Shown here piece by piece: positions 12,291 through 28,300 of a stretch of DNA of 64,000 bases. Positions within the stretch are counted from its first letter, which is position 1. Each line of letters begins with the position of its first letter. A model generated the notes under the pieces. It was not told the DNA's origin and did not search any database. It was given only the letters and a program-made list of their open reading frames with translations. Location: contig JAKMXF010000177.1 of assembly GCA_024704765.1 (NCBI GenBank), positions 372,001-436,000 on the forward strand, in the 5' to 3' direction. This stretch comes from Oopsacas minuta. Taxonomy: Eukaryota; Animalia; Porifera. Made by a program: the position numbers and the translations under genes.

Positions 12291-14471
12291 GGCTCACTTA
12301 CAAATTCGCTAGACTTTCTATAATAAAACGCAATTAATCTGTATATATACATGTTTGTAAGTCAAGAATTGATTGAAGAAACTGGAAGATTATTCTCTTC
12401 ATGGAAATTTTCGAGAATAGAAAAGGTTATAGGATCTAATTAATATAATTTGTAGCATGATCCAATTTGGCGGATTTTTCAACAATATTCTTCTAGGCCC
12501 AGGGTGGTGATAATTTTTTTCACTATTTTTTGGAGCTATTTTATAATCCCGGCGCTTATTCAGGGAAATACACTAAACATTTTCTTAACAAACATTGGTG
12601 CAAACAGCCCCGGAGAAAGAGATAGGTATCCTTATCCGAGCACCTGCCCCCCCAAAAACACTAATTGTTGGAGTGAATTTTGTCCGGTTTTGGACTATTG
12701 AAAACCATGCAACCCTAGGTCTACTTTCCCAACAATTATGCCTGATCTCTTATCCTTAAGGGTAAATGTGAGCGAAGCGTACCCAAAAATTAATTGTTTG
12801 TAATTTGAGTTCATTAACGTAATAATTGAATAACACGAACATTCCAGATAGTGTAAAAATCCTGAGGAGGTATACATCCCCAATCACCCTACAGGATCCG
12901 CTACTGGTGGGGGCCCTAAGCGGTTCCCAACCTTTTTCACCCATAGACAGGGGCGTACCGTGACCATTTTGAGTGGGGGGGGGGGGGTGTAACTTCATGG
13001 ATTTACTGATGAACATACATTGCTCTATACGTGGAGGCAGATAGATCATATATTTCACAATTTCCCTGACCTGAAATAGGAATTCAGCAGGACAGCAACC
13101 GCTTAAGCTACGAATGTTAACTGCAACGACGATACTAATGTAAAAATACTATAAATGTGTAAATATCTTATATATTAATACTCAATGGTATTTTTTTGTC
13201 CAAGTTGAGTGAGAAACTGGTAATAGCTACAGACTTGAAATTTGGCATGTGTATGTAGAATGGTTCAACTTAGAACAAGTTCTGATTTCAAAGCGGAATC
13301 TTAACTAATTTCTGGGAAAAGGTGTCAAAACCTTCTACCCCATGCATTTTAATGGTATATAAACCCATCAGATTTGAGGGTTTACTCATACTAATTAAAT
13401 CTCAATTTACTAATCAAATTCTAATTAAATTCTACCAATTAACGATTGAATTAGGGGAATACATTGAAATTTATTCAATGGAATATACTTCAAATTGTGC
13501 TTAGTCTTGTAATCGAATTCATCTCAACGTTACATAGTAGACATCGAATGTTGAATCGGTTTGTCCGCTCTTTTGGAGGCATATTGACAGAGACTATCAG
13601 TCTAATCTAAGCTTTAGTGAAATATTTACAAACTAGATATTAATCGATCAGTTTTACCGACGACCCAGGAAATACCGACCAGATAAGCGAAAAGTAGGGA
13701 GTGTTACACCCCCACAGGCCCCGTACTGTACGCCCCTTCCTGTAGACCCCATATACCAATTTTGACACATTCTGTATACCCCCTCTCATAGACTCCAATA
13801 GATCCTATGGCCTGCTGTCGTCCGTGGACCACAGGTTGGGAATCGCTGCTAGAGTAATAATTCAAATTGGTGATTGTAGTAGATGTCAGGACTGACACAT
13901 TGAGTACCATAATGATGACGTCATCATGGTGATGGTGATGACAAAGCCAAATTTTAAAAAATTAAGTGAATAATGAGTGTTTGCACTTAGTCACAAATTT
14001 TTTATATTTTTGCTAAGTCAACATGACGTCACGGAATACTAGAATGCTTATAACTCCACTTTTATAACAGATAAAGTAATACTTACAATTGATGAAGTAT
14101 AGTACATGTCAAATGGGATACATTTCTTATAATAATAATGACGTCACCATATTGGAGTAATGGTGAAACAGCAAAATTTAATTTGATATTTCAAAATTTT
14201 TAAATAAATTGCGAGTATGTGTGCATTTTCGTTTTCCGTATCCGCTCGATAGCCCTCACCATTTATGATTAAGAGCTGAACATTTCAATTTGAACTGTAG
14301 ATTTACACCTCAGCGTATGATTTTCTATCTGACAAAATTTACCACCTTTGTGCCAGTTTTAATTTCCGATTGAAATTGTATTTACTTCTGGAAAATTACA
14401 TAAGTAGTTTGACATGCATATGCAATTTCGTGTAACTAATGGGAGTAGAAGGACTGTCATATATTTGATCC

Positions 14472-14980
14472 CATAGGCGCCAAAATTGGGGGGTTTCACC
14501 CCCTGGCAAAGGAAACACTCAAGGTATGTTCTCCCTGATCAGTAACATACCACTGAGACTATTTCATCTAATTCTCTTCTAATGCATCCTCAATTAAAGA
14601 ATTCCGATCCTGGCTGAAATTTTAATTGGCGTTCCCGGCTCCGATCCTAAATTCTAAAAGGATCTCACGATCAAATTTACGATCCTCAAATTGATAATCC
14701 ATTTTTTGAAATACAGTTGAATATTTTGAACACTATAGCTGGACGTTTCGATTCTAAGTTACGATATGATTATTTATTTATTCATAAATAGGCGGTATAG
14801 CATTTCAAAATCTGCTACCATGTATATTTAAGCGATTTTATGTAGGTGTTTGAGCCACGCAACATATGTGATCTTTAGTGTTCATACAAACTTTTTTATT
14901 ATTAACCTTATATTTATACATTTTAACCTTATGAACAGAAAATTAACACCCCCTGAAGTTCGGGAGTTTCGGCGCCAATG
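14472..14980. mobile_element. Non-autonomous hAT-like MITE (509 bp)
   Basis: TIRs CATAGGCGCCAAAA and CATTGGCGCCGAAA; 8-bp flanks TTTGATCC and TTTGATAC (7/8 match); internal CGATCC subrepeats. A related short copy lies near 40975-41145. Confidence 0.7.
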
Positions 14981-15289
14981 TTTGATACCCTAATGTCGGT
15001 CCTGCAGGACTATATGTGGCGCCATGGATGATCCCCCTGCAGTGCAATGTACCCCGTACCCATGTGCTACCAAAAACTGAAAAACAAGGAATCCAGCCCT
15101 GAGGGGGGTCCCGATCCTGGGAGGGGTGAAAGAAAATCTAGAATTTAAATAAGCGGTAGGATCCGTTTATCCGGACCCTTAGAGTACTTTCGGATAGTAT
15201 CTACTTTTCTCAAAAACGGATCATCAATTTTGTAGAAATTGTATAGCAAAAATAATCTGACAAGAATTACTTCAGTTAGTATGTACTAT

Positions 15290-15920
15290 TTTTAGTGCAG
15301 CTCCTATAGGGAGATGCCCTAATCACATGGACGATATGCAACGTACGTAAGTCCTGGCGGCTGTGCAAAATCGAGCAGTTCAATTAACATGAAAATTGGC
15401 ATACATGTACATTTTAGTCGGAGATTTGCACCTCGGGTATGAATTGTTTCTAAAGTGATTATTTCACACCTTTTGGTGATTAATCATATTTTCACACCTT
15501 TCTATGTAAAATACATAAGCAAGCTAGAGATTAGGTTTCAACATGTTTGCAGGGGTAATTGGGTGCGTAGAGTCCGATTTTGGGAATTTCAGAGTCTGAA
15601 AGTTACAATTTTACAGATTAATCATATGAATAATCATATTTCACACCTTTTTACATATAGAGATTTCGTTTTACTGCTAGTAAGGGATCCTCGAGTATGT
15701 AGATTTCAATTTTGACATTTTCAACTTTATATCTAACTGATTTATCATATGATTAATAGTATTTCACACCTTCTGGTATATTTTCAAATCATACTGGAGA
15801 TTTCGTATTAACTGCTATTCATGGGTAATCGAGCATGTAGATTACAAAATTAATATTTCGAAATTATATCTACATTATTAATCATATTTTCACATCTTTT
15901 TGTACATAATTCAAAAGTTA
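15290..15920. repeat. Dispersed repeat copy 2 with degenerate internal tandem units
   Basis: Matches 4630-4970 in inverted orientation; ATCATATTTTCACACCTT recurs about five times at irregular spacing. Confidence 0.7.
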
Positions 15921-16354
15921 GACAGGGGATAATTGTAGGATAATTATTCCGAATTTTATTCATAGGATTTGGGGATAGAATATGACATACATTAGGGGAC
16001 GAACAATATTAATATACTAAAATATTTATCAGATCCAGGAGCCCAAAATCAGTCAGGTCCGGTGCATTGCGGCATTTACACGGTCCCTGAAAAGAACAAA
16101 AATGCATAACCCTGAGCTGCACTACTGGTCTGTCTGCTGGAATTATTTGTATCGCTAGGGCGGACGTCTTATCCGAGTTCTACTGTACTTTAGTTGGCCC
16201 CAGAGATGGAAACGATAGTTTGCATACTGTACATGTTTGGAAGTAGATTTAGCCTTAACGTTAAAGGTTGTCAAAAGCCTTAGATGTTTCATTATTAATC
16301 CAATAATTAGCCTCCTCGGTGACATGCACCGCCGTGCCGTGTATTAAGTAGGTC

Positions 16355-19300
16355 ATGATCAGTGGTGACTTGAGTTTACTCAAAATTTATCGAATATTTT
16401 TAATAATTTTCTTATGTTTTTTAGTTTTATACTCAATATGGCCAAGAAGGGGTAGTCTCCTCGGAGGAGCAAGAGTTGTATTATATGGCAATAACTTTGC
16501 AGACGACTTGTTTTTTGAAACAAATGAAATAGAATTCGGAGGTAGTAGATGCCAACTTATCGAGTTTGCTTGCTCAAAGTATGTCGCTCAATGTGTTACC
16601 GGACCATATGGTGACTATAGATATAACCATACTGGTGAACCAAGCGCAACTTGCGGAGAACTTCCTTTCAGTCACTATGACGAGCTGAATGTATTTAATG
16701 TCTACAATCCAGAAACGAAGATAACTACAAATGGTAGAACTTATACAACTACATCTGGACATAAAACTTTTGATTACTTGGATAACTACACCCCAAAGGT
16801 AGTCATTTTTCTGGCTCATTAATAAATTTCTTCTTTCCGATACTTAAACTTCCGAATTTAATTTAGTTGAATCACTTCTTTCCATCATCCGCATCAAATG
16901 GTGATGTTATTGAAATATGGCTAAATGACATTAACAATTGGGACCCTTCTGTAATGCAAAGAATCCTGATAGGGAATCAAGTATGCGAGCTGATCAATCC
17001 TGAAACAAATTCGGTAGGTTATATACCATAGCATTCAATACATAAGGCAATGGCCGGCTTAACAATTTTGGACTTGTAGTGCAGCAGATTATCTCAAGAT
17101 ATGGATAGTTTTGTGCATTTTAGGAGGGGAGCGAGATAAGTTTTGTTGTTGGATATGTTCTAAGCATGCTGCTAACTTCAAATGTGGCCACAAGTTAAAT
17201 CTACTCTATTCAACATCATAACCTTGTAGCTGAGCATCTTGAAATACCAAACCTTGGCTTAGTCTTCAGGGAGTGATTCATGATGGCGTATCCAAGTTTA
17301 ACCCCCAGTAACTCTGTCATAACTTCGTCTACCATCCTCTGAATATATATTTATCAAGCTTTCAAAATTTCATACTAATTCGAGCCTCGAGTACATTTTG
17401 TGATATTATTCACGACAATATAGCCTCCTTATAAAAACTTGTTCGTGAATCATGGTATTAATCACTTGCGTCCTTTACTTCATTGCCTCTGCTAGATGTT
17501 TTTTGGTTCGATATTCTCCAGTAGTCTTGCGTGATCGGAGAGCCAGACCTAGGGTCCTCTTCCAATGATTTACTTTTGGGCCTAAAGATTACACCCCTGG
17601 GACCTTTATAGATATGGCCAAATCGTCATGCATCGATATCTAACTTCCCGTGCTCTGATGGTACATTTTGATGTCATATCTCAAACATTTATGACGCAAT
17701 CATCAATTATGCCATATATGGTCATTTTCAAGGTTGCGCAATAATTGTCTGAGATATGACACCAAAGTGTAATATCAGGCTATTCCCTGATCACACTCGA
17801 CTTCGCATACTCGGTATGCGATGTTCAATATATAGAACCTGTTTGCAAGACGATTTGACCATATCTCTAAAGTTGTCAAGTTATAGTTAAGCTTTGACCA
17901 AAATATGCTATCCGTAATCACTTACAATAACTCTCCACGGTATCCGATTTTGACCTGACACAATTTGCCACTTTTGTGCCACTTTTAAAATTTCCATTAT
18001 GAATCGTATTAAGTTTATGAACTGGACTTAGTACATATACATTGAGTTGATTATAAAACAATAATTATCGACACATTAGACACAATTTAGGTGAAGTCAT
18101 TAACTAAAATTTGAAACAGGAATAACTATATAACGATTGTAGCTTGAGTAATATTTCCAATTGACGAGGAGTAGTAGATTTATATAATGGTCATCATAGT
18201 GGCGGTGTTGATGACAAAGCAAAATTTGAGATTTCGAAATTTCGACAAAATATGAGTGTTGGCAAAAATTCACAAAAACTGTTTTGAATTGTCACAAGTT
18301 ACCTATTGAGAATACTTAGATTAAATCATAGTTTCTCGGGGAAATTTAGTTTTTGCAGGCTTTTTGCGGACCGAAAATATTCACCCAGGCTTTGTGCGGG
18401 CCAGGCCGCGGTTAGAAATGTCGGCCCGCGTGCAACTCTGGGTTCATCATATTTTATGTTAATCCTTTCAAAGTACAAACCCAGAAACAAATTTGTTTAG
18501 TTGTGAATATATTGTTAACTAATGACCTCTCTTGGCTAGAATTACGGTTATGCAAGATGTTCTGGCCGTTGGTGTCTCAAGATAAAATGCCGAGTTAACA
18601 ATCTAGACTCTGGATTATACAATGTGGAGGTGACTACTTCAGACTTCGGAATTGCTTGGCCTACGACCTTATCCTTTCAGATTTTAGATGACTGTTGTGG
18701 ATTTGCACATATTGAGATCATTCCAAGTAAGATTATTGTAGAGCAGTATTCCGTTGAGTATGACCACACAGAAACACATCACTTATCAATACTGTGATAG
18801 TAATCACTCTATCGTTAATAGCCCCTCGGACGTAGTGAATCCTTCAAGTACTCATTCAAAGGCTCATGTTGCCCAAACTCGGCCCGAATACTCTTAAGTC
18901 AAATAGAACCCCAACCAACATTTACGCTGAATTCGAAAAGAAAATGCAGCAATGGCACCCAAACATTGTTCGATTGGATTGGCAACCCTAGTTTCAGGCC
19001 AAGCCAAAATGTAAAATGTCCAGGTTTTGTTAACCATATTTATACAAATGTCATATCAGGCCCAGCGGAAGCAAATTAAGAGTGCTCAGGCCTGTCCAAT
19101 ATAGTTTTACAGGCCTCAGCAAAGAGTGATCAGGCAATTGGCTCGGTTCCACCGGGTTTTGCATATCAAGCCAAAGAACAAATCCGACTAAAATACGGCA
19201 TTTAAACGGGGGGGCACACAAAGTAGTTACGGCACTGCAGTGAACAGCGTATGCAGACTTACACTGAAAGCCTGCAACAGTTGTTGCGATTTTCAGAATT

Positions 19301-22300
19301 GCGAAATTATTTTCGAAATCACATACCATAAATACTTTCCAACGGACAAACAAACAGACCGAAAATTTTTGAGGTCTAATAATATAGAGTAATAAAATTA
19401 ACAAATCTCTTGTTTATAGATATTGTCTCAGTATCTCCTTCTCATGGATCAATTCTGGGTGGTGCTATGGTTTCTATAAATGGTGATGGTTTTGGAGATG
19501 ATGTCCACTCAATCAGTGTCAATATAGGTGGGATTGATTGCATAGTTCAAAGAGTTTCAAATTCCAAAATCGTCTGTGTTACTGGTAGTTATACAATAGC
19601 TTCAAACATAAATGAGTCTATCCTCTATCCAGGTAATAAGTTTGATTAATGAAATTTATGAATATTTCAGACTGTAACGCTTTGGTCCTGGTGCAATTAC
19701 TGGTCCGGTTGTCCATAACTGCTCCGAGCCCGCAGCATGAGGGCTGTATCAATTCATTTTTTGAATGAGTTGGTTGTCATATTATGAATGAGTTGAATAA
19801 TTTGACAACACAAATCAAACCTGAAGGTATTCCAAGTAGGTCATTATTCGTCCCAGGAATTAGGAAGCATCTAGGAATCTAGATATACAAGTATATTTTG
19901 CCTCAACAGTGTCTGTAATAACTCAATAAATATGAGTTAAACTCATTGTTCCAGTTTAATCTTTTCTATAAAATTAGTTGGTAAAATCTATTCATTTTTT
20001 TGAATGAGTTGGTAGACAGAAAATGAGGTGATATACCAACTCAAACGAATTGATTCAGTCTTACAGGGCGTCCCGCCGGGTGCAGATTAGGAAACTATGC
20101 GCACGAAGATTTATGGATTTTTCGATTGAAATTAATTGAAACGCAAACCGTAAGACATTTAATATTTAGAGATTTCATTTGCAGGCATTTAAATAGTAAT
20201 TTTCCATCACATTAACATTGGGAGGGCTGTAATTCGGGGTGCAGCTAATGCGGGTAAATTTCTGAGGTCCCAGCGAATTCGGATTACGCAAACTTGACTA
20301 TATAGGCAATATTCTTAACGCGAACATTTGCTAAATCGATTTTGATTTCGCCTGACAGTTCGAGTTACTGGATGTTGACTGTATATATGTTGTATGTTCG
20401 GAATTAATTGAAGAAACTGGAGGGCCCCAAAGCTGATTTGGCCTGACTCTAACAATTTCCAGCCTTAGAATATAATTCTAACCTATGACGAAAGTAATAC
20501 ATAATTGGACACTGCTCAGCCATATGCAACATTTCAATTCGGTTAATATCGGTTAAGTCTGTACTTGTGAATTATGTCCCAGCACCATTTATACCAACTA
20601 TATGAATTATATGCAGAATAACGATGAACTTTGTATATTGTTTGTAATCAATTAGGAGCGCTCCCTTTAATGCTCTTCATCATGATGCAGCAGAAATTAG
20701 ATACAGTCAATGTCAACCCGATTAATTGGGACACATCGGTTCCCGGCGTTTGGTACCGATGAGTTCCCAATTAACCGAGAATTCTATTAATGATACTAAT
20801 CATACTACGTGGCAGAGTTTCTATTTTTTCAGTCGCAGACCCCCTACAGCCATTTCATCACTATATGGTGTAGCCACTCTCACCCAAAGTACCAACTTTG
20901 AAATTTTCCGATCCTTTGATGCAGTCCGTGAAACAATGTTGATAATAATCACTAATAAATAGAAAAATGTTGTCCCAATAAAGCGGAAATTTTGTCCCTA
21001 TTCAACATTATTTGTTCATTTACCTACCGAGCTTCTTTGAATTTGCTCAGATCAAAAGGAATTTCGTCTTATGTGAGACTAATTTTTCAATCGATTAGCG
21101 AAGCTTGTTCCAACTAATTAAGCGGAATTTGTCCCATTAACCGAAATTTTACTGTCCCAACTATACTATCACATAGCAGAGTGGCTCAGTCTTAGTATAT
21201 ATATCTACAGTTGAGCCTCTGAATAATGATCATGTTGGGGACATGATATCTGTCCGTTGTAGAGAATTGTCCTCTCCTCGGAGACTGCTTAAGTAGTAAT
21301 TACATGCTTGGCAAATTCAATCCGTGCCACGAGGTTTGTCCGTTGAAGGAGGTTGTCCGCTTCTCGGAGTGTCCGTTTTGGGAGACTCCACTGTACACTA
21401 TTAAAACGCAATTAATCCATATATATTTATGTGTATATATGCCTGTGTATCCAGAATTGATTGAATAAACTGGAAGACCCCTAGCGCTGATTTTTGGCAT
21501 ACAGGAGTATTTTGGGACTGGCTCGAACAAGTTCGAGTCTTGGACGAAAATTCACACCTATTTTTTGTAATTTCCAAGGGCTATCTTCTTTCTCAAAATA
21601 TCAATATATATTTTTTAGGCCATTTTTTCCTTCCAATATTTCATAACTTCGCCAATACGCCAGGTAGATTACCCCTTTTTGTAAATTGTAGTACGAAAAG
21701 AATGGGTTTGTCAGACTGTCACACTTCGCATACTACCTATCCCCTCCCCTTGTAGCGTTACTTAACGTTTGAACAGCCCCTAGTTAGAGAAAAAATATAT
21801 CAAAAATATAGTTGAAAATTTGTCGAAAAATATCCAATCGATAAATATTGACGATAATCCAATCGATAATCGATAATTTTCTCGATTGGATTGGATTAGC
21901 ATCCCTGGTTAGCAGCCAGGGTATATAGGCTTCATCAAGCTTTACCTAACTGCGCACCCTAAGTGTGTATAGATTAAATTTCTCGCAACCAAATGTACTA
22001 GAAAATGGGGATAGTACCGGATAAGATTCTGATTTCCCGCACGGCGCACCCCATAACTATATCTCAGAAATCCCGCTTTCCTGGGTGCGGCCGCACACAT
22101 ATGAAGGAATGTTAGCAGTCCTGGTCTGGACCCCGAAAGCGGTGGATCCCTGGCAAAGTGCACTGTTTTCGCCCCAATTTTATTCTATATATTTGGCTTA
22201 TTGGCTATATGGTTGTATGACATGGATATTGTACATAATTCGATTAATTGCAATCTGTTTATTGCATTATATTTTCTAGGAGGTCATGGAGTTACTCGAT

Positions 22301-25300
22301 ATAGCTACCAGGATATCTCAACGATATATTTGAATAATTTACGAGATAGTAGCAAGTACCCCGATAATCCAGATGGCGTTTCTATATTGCCATGGTTTGA
22401 ATCTCATTCGACTAATTTCCTAAGTAATTTCGGTGAACGCTTAGAAGCATTCTTCACCCCTTGTTCATCGGGATATTATTCATTTATAATTTCAGGTGAT
22501 GATCAACATGAATTATTCTTCTCTACACCCCAAAACTATAGTAATATTAATAAGATCGCCAGTAGTGTCAGTTATACTCGGTTTCGTGATTATCGTACTA
22601 AATCCTCCAAAATGTGGTTAAATTATAATCAATCATATTTTTTACGAGCAGAATTTAAGGAGAGTTACGGTTCTGACCATGTCACCGTTGGAGTTATAAA
22701 ACATAATACTGAGTTAACATACTTTGATACGGAACAAGTCTCCATAGAGAATCAGACAGTTTCTATTAGAACAGAATATTTGCAAGAAGTGCAGAGTCTC
22801 TCTATTAATATATCAAATACGGTAAACACTCAAGATAATCCAAATTTCACACTTAGTTTAGGAGGAAAATCTACTCTCAAAATAGATGGTTTGTCATTTG
22901 TAATGTATTCCGGTCAAGAATGTTACAACGAAATTGATGGTATTGATTACAGAGGGAATGTATCCACAACCAGAGAAGGAGTCAAATGTCAGAATTGGGT
23001 GCATACTTCGCCTAACACTTTAATGGAGAATACAGAAACAAACGGAGTTGGTGATCACAATTATTGCCGTAATCCAGACAGCTCACCTGGTGGCCCGTGG
23101 TGTTATTTTGATTCAAAACCTGGTAGAGATTATTGTAACATTGATTACTGTATTAAAGATGCTCTTCTCTATCTTTTTACAGCTCAATGTAAAGATCATG
23201 AATATAACTCAGATGACGATGTAATGCTTTTCGACTTTGAGGATAATGACATATTAATTCCTAACTACCAATTCTCATTCGTGCAAGATTCAATCACATT
23301 AGCTGATTCATATTGTGGTCGGAATTCATTTAAATTCCAAACAAGTGAAAAGAAGTTATATACCTTTAATACAGATGATAAACCTCTCATTTCTGAAGCA
23401 AAGTATCTTTGTATGGCATATAAAATTCCCCGAGATCATCCTCTTGTAATTTCATTCGAAATACTTGAGAGAGAGGACTATTATCGTTGGTTCTCTTTCA
23501 TTTCTTCCACTTCTACGAATTCTGGTGACCTAGTTCCCACGGAAAATATACGCGTTCATTTAATAGAAACTCTTTATGATGACTATAATTGGCATTATGG
23601 CTGTTTTGATATATTTAATAGTTTACAACTTTCAGAAAGTCCTCTATCTATGGAAATACGTCATCTTATGAGGAAAATTGAGCTACAAAGCATTGTAAAT
23701 ACAATATCCTCTATGTATATAGATGTCTTATCACTCTCTTATATTAATAAATCAGTAAAACAACTCTACCCTGCTATCCATCCAAATGGCATTATAGTAT
23801 CCAATTTAACAATTGAAATTGATAAGTTCATCTACAATAGCTCAAATCTAACTAATTTCAATTTCACTTTTACAACAACTGACTGTAACAGCGGCATACC
23901 ATTAATACAAGTAAATGCTTCAAATGACTTGATGTTGGTTGAAACAAAACGAATTCAAACTGCAAGCCAGCCTATTAGAGGAAATTTCTCTATCATGATT
24001 AATTCCTCCTACAACTATTCTTTGATTGATATACAGTACGATGTAAATGCTGTGGAATTCCTCAGTCTAATAGAAGATGAGTTCGATGTTGGTAATGCAA
24101 ATGGAGGAATAGCCTATAGTGAAAATTTATGTCGTGAGAGAAAATTTTGGATAAGTTTTTATAATCTTTCAGGAGATTTAGACCCTATTATAGTGGATTC
24201 AACAAACTTGAATGGAAATAACGTGTCTATAGAGGTGAATGAAGTTACTCCAGGTGGACTAATCATTGCTCCCATACCTGGTAGTATGCTCCGAACTGTT
24301 AGCCGTAAGCCTCAGATCGTGATTAAGAAAGATGGTATGTATGCTAGTTGCAAAGGTCCAAATACGCAGAATCAGCACAATTCACTTCTTGTGGGCACAA
24401 GTTTAGATTGGTGTGACTATTCTTATTCTAATATATCTCAACCGTTAATAACCTCAATCAGTCCTATCATTACCTGTGTCAATACATTGTTAACAATTAC
24501 AGGCACTTCTTTTGGGTATTTAAGTGAAGATATTTCTATTTTAATCGGATCAAGTAAATGTAATATCAAATCTATCTCAAATGTCAACATCACTTGTATC
24601 GTTCCTCATAGTGTTGGAGGTCTCCAAAGTGTAGTGTTAACTAAATTATCTTTTGGAAATATGCCTTCTGATGGTGAGTTTAAAGTTGATAATTGTTTTA
24701 CTCTTGTTAGCATTAGTCATACAGTTGGCAGTGTAAGAGGAGGATTGCTATTAACAATAGAAGCTACCAATGGCTTTATCCAATTTCCTCAAGAAGACTT
24801 ATTGTTTTCAATGCAAATTGAGATGGCCAATAAAACGTGTCATCTAGTGTCAAGTAACCACACACATGCCCTATGTTTGACACCGCCTTCCATTTCTCAA
24901 ACAGTCAATATCACGGTTAAGCTGCTAAATAATAATGGAGTTGTAATCGCAAATGAAACTCTCACTCAAGTTTTCACATACAGTTTGGCTGATACTCCTA
25001 ATGTTACTACAATAAATAAATCTAGTGGATCAATTCTTGGCGGGGATATTGTAACGCTATATATAACATTTCTACCAAGTGACAATTTTGAGGTACTATT
25101 TGCTGAAAACAAAGTAGAGATACTCAGTTACAATAGTACTTCTATAACCATATTAACTCCTCCTAACCCTCATGGAAATGTAAAAGTAGAAGTTATATTT
25201 AACAATTTCGGCTTGGCGAACGCTGATATATATTATGAATATATATTCTATGTTTGTGATATATCTCAATCAGCTGGTTCATTATTCGGTGGACAATCAT

Positions 25301-28300
25301 TAACTTTTACTGGTATGGGATTTTCGAGTGAAATGGAAATTATCATCGGATCGAAAAAATGTGATATTCAATCAATCTCCTCTACTGAAGTAATCTGTAC
25401 GACCCAATCAACACACTCATCTTATTCCATTCATAGGAATGTAGTTGGATATTATCCTAATACTATTGATAAATGGACCCCATCATTCTTAAAGATTTAT
25501 CCAGGTGATGAAGTGGTTTGGTATTGGTCTAATACTATCCCCAATGAGTATCTGGGAGTGTTTCTTACTTCAAGTCCTACTGCTATATCTCCACAAGTGA
25601 CAGAAGATCAATCAGGTGAAAGTTCTTCTGCCACCTACCAACATACTTTCCAAACTCCAGGAAATTTCTATTATATTGCAGGAACAGATGTCACGAATAC
25701 TCTATCTCATCCTGCAGATTGTTATTTGGAAGGAGAAGCGTATATTGGAAAACTATCAATTACTAATAGCTTTATTCCTTGCCTTTCCTGGACTTCAAAA
25801 TATGTTACGGAAAATTATGAATATAATAGTCCTCTACTAGGCGACCATAATTATTGTCGTAATCCTAACGCTGACCCCAAAGGACCCTGGTGTTTTGCCT
25901 CCAATACTAATTTGATTGCTTATTGTAATATACAGAAATGTGGAACACGAGGACAAATTGTTGTTAATGATTCACTCCCAGTGATAAACACTAAAATAAA
26001 TATAAATCTTAAATCATTCCAACCAAATATCTTTGCATCTTGTGAAGATGTTGACGTAACAACTTCACCTTCACTTTCACAACTCAATTATTCATATAAT
26101 CCACCCAACACACCTCAAGTTTATAAGGTAATCACTGAAGATGTTATTATTCCTGGATCGTTTATACATCTGGTCGGGATTAACTTCGCCACTAATAATT
26201 CTGGTATCCGTATTCAGATAGGACATTATAACTGTACTTCAGTTTCCCTTTCTTACGATAATTCTTCTGAGACAATCTCTTGTAAGGTTCCATATATCAA
26301 TTGTGGAAATTACAGGATATCTCTATATGTAGAAAATGTTGGTTGGGCATTCTTCTGGAATGACTTGCACAAAATCACAGTTTCTTCTACAATAACATAC
26401 CCCCCTATTCAATATGATGGATCTATATTTGGCGGGTCTCTGCTAACATTTTATGGTCAAAATTTTCATTCATCTAATCCTTCTGACTTTAGTATCCTAA
26501 TTGGAAATACTCCATGTGCTGTTCAGGACATCATACTAAATCCTATCAACTCACAGAATATCACATGTCTTACACAGTTAGCAATTGACGACGGATACTC
26601 AGCACTAATTCTATCCCATAAACCTATCAGTTATTGGAAGTTCGACAACCTATCTGATATTATAAATGATAGTGGATACCTCGAGCACTTCAAGTCTAAG
26701 ATTTCGCCTCAACAATACTTTGATACTTCTCATATGAACTTTTTGAGCGAATTACACCATTCGTTAATATTTTTTACAAATTTAATGGAAACAAATTTTC
26801 ATCCAGCATACGCTAATTTTGAAGCTTTCGGTATCGAACTCTGGATTCGTTTGGCAAGCCCCAAATTAGATTCTATTATACAACAATATCCAGTATCAAA
26901 CCACCAGAATGTCTCTACATTGTATGGAGAAAATAGAGTTATTCTTGAAAACACACCGTATTCAGATGCTCGTGCAGGCTATCGATTAATACTCAATCCT
27001 TGTAATCGCCTCGAGGTGTGGATAGCTACTGGAAGGAACGAAACTGATGTGGATACCGACGAATGCATGTTTAATTCTAAATTAAACTGTAGTTCGAATT
27101 GTTCAGGAATAAGACGAGTATATTCTATGGCCGATAATGATACTTATTCATCTTGGTACGTCATTTCAGGACCAAAACTAAATACAAGTTCTCTGGATTG
27201 GATACACATTGCCTTCGGGTGGGAGATACTCGATGGTCCTTTAAATCGGATTATTACAGATCCCAGTAACATGGAACAGAGAAGTCAGTGTATTTATGAA
27301 TTCAATAGGCGAATGTATTGTAATGGGCAAGCTAATTTGTTTGTTAATGGAGTGATTTATGGACGAAACAATACTACATACTCTCCAGGATTATCTGTCA
27401 GTAAATTAACTATTGGAGGCACATCTCAACTGGACAGTTATAATTATAATCTTACTAATTTCACTGGAATAATGGATGAAGTCGTTGTACACACTCATCC
27501 CCTAACCCAGGAGGAAGCTCAACTTCATTATAACGTTTCTACTAGAAAACAGCAAATCATGAACGTTCATTCGACTTCTATTAATTATTTAGGAATAGGA
27601 GTTACTCCAGATGTGCAATATCCCGATCTCTCTGATTCTTACAATGATGCTGGTTATGCACTCAAACCCACGCCAAGCCAACATTATATTGAATGGAAGA
27701 TTCAATCTTTCAGCACATTAAACATCAACTCAAATGATTTTGTCATATTTCATTGGAACAAAATTGCATCTCTGATTGAAATTAATGAGGAATATTTCTC
27801 TAATTGTGATGATTCCATTCTTCCATTGCTTGTATTGTCCAATTCTGCTGTTGAAAATGTAGTTAACGTTAGTCTTGAAACAGGTCATCACTACTTCACT
27901 TCAGATGTTGAAAATCATTGTATTTCAGAAATGAAAATTTTAATAATCGTAAATCCACGTCCTCGTTTAACACCACTTGTGACAACTAAACTTCTTTCAT
28001 CTAACATAATACAAGGCTATACATACCTCTATCCAGGGCTAATCATAACAAATGTGACTTCAAATCATTTTGTAGGTTCAACCTTAAATATATCCTTGAA
28101 TGGTGAAATTACAGGAACTGAAAACTTCATTGTCAAAATAGGGCAAGAATCGATAAGCAATATCTCTGTAACAAATAATACAATATCTTGTATCATCCCG
28201 TATTTGGCAGCAGGAACATACGATATATACTTTGAACAAATAAACTTTGGCTACATTCCATTCAATTCTTCTGATGGTTTGGTGAATAGCAGACAGATAC

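Noticed and set aside
15460-15920. Repeated ATCATATTTTCACACCTT units as a CRISPR-like array
   Set aside because: Spacing is irregular, the spacers resemble each other, the units belong to a dispersed repeat, and the context is eukaryotic with no cas genes.
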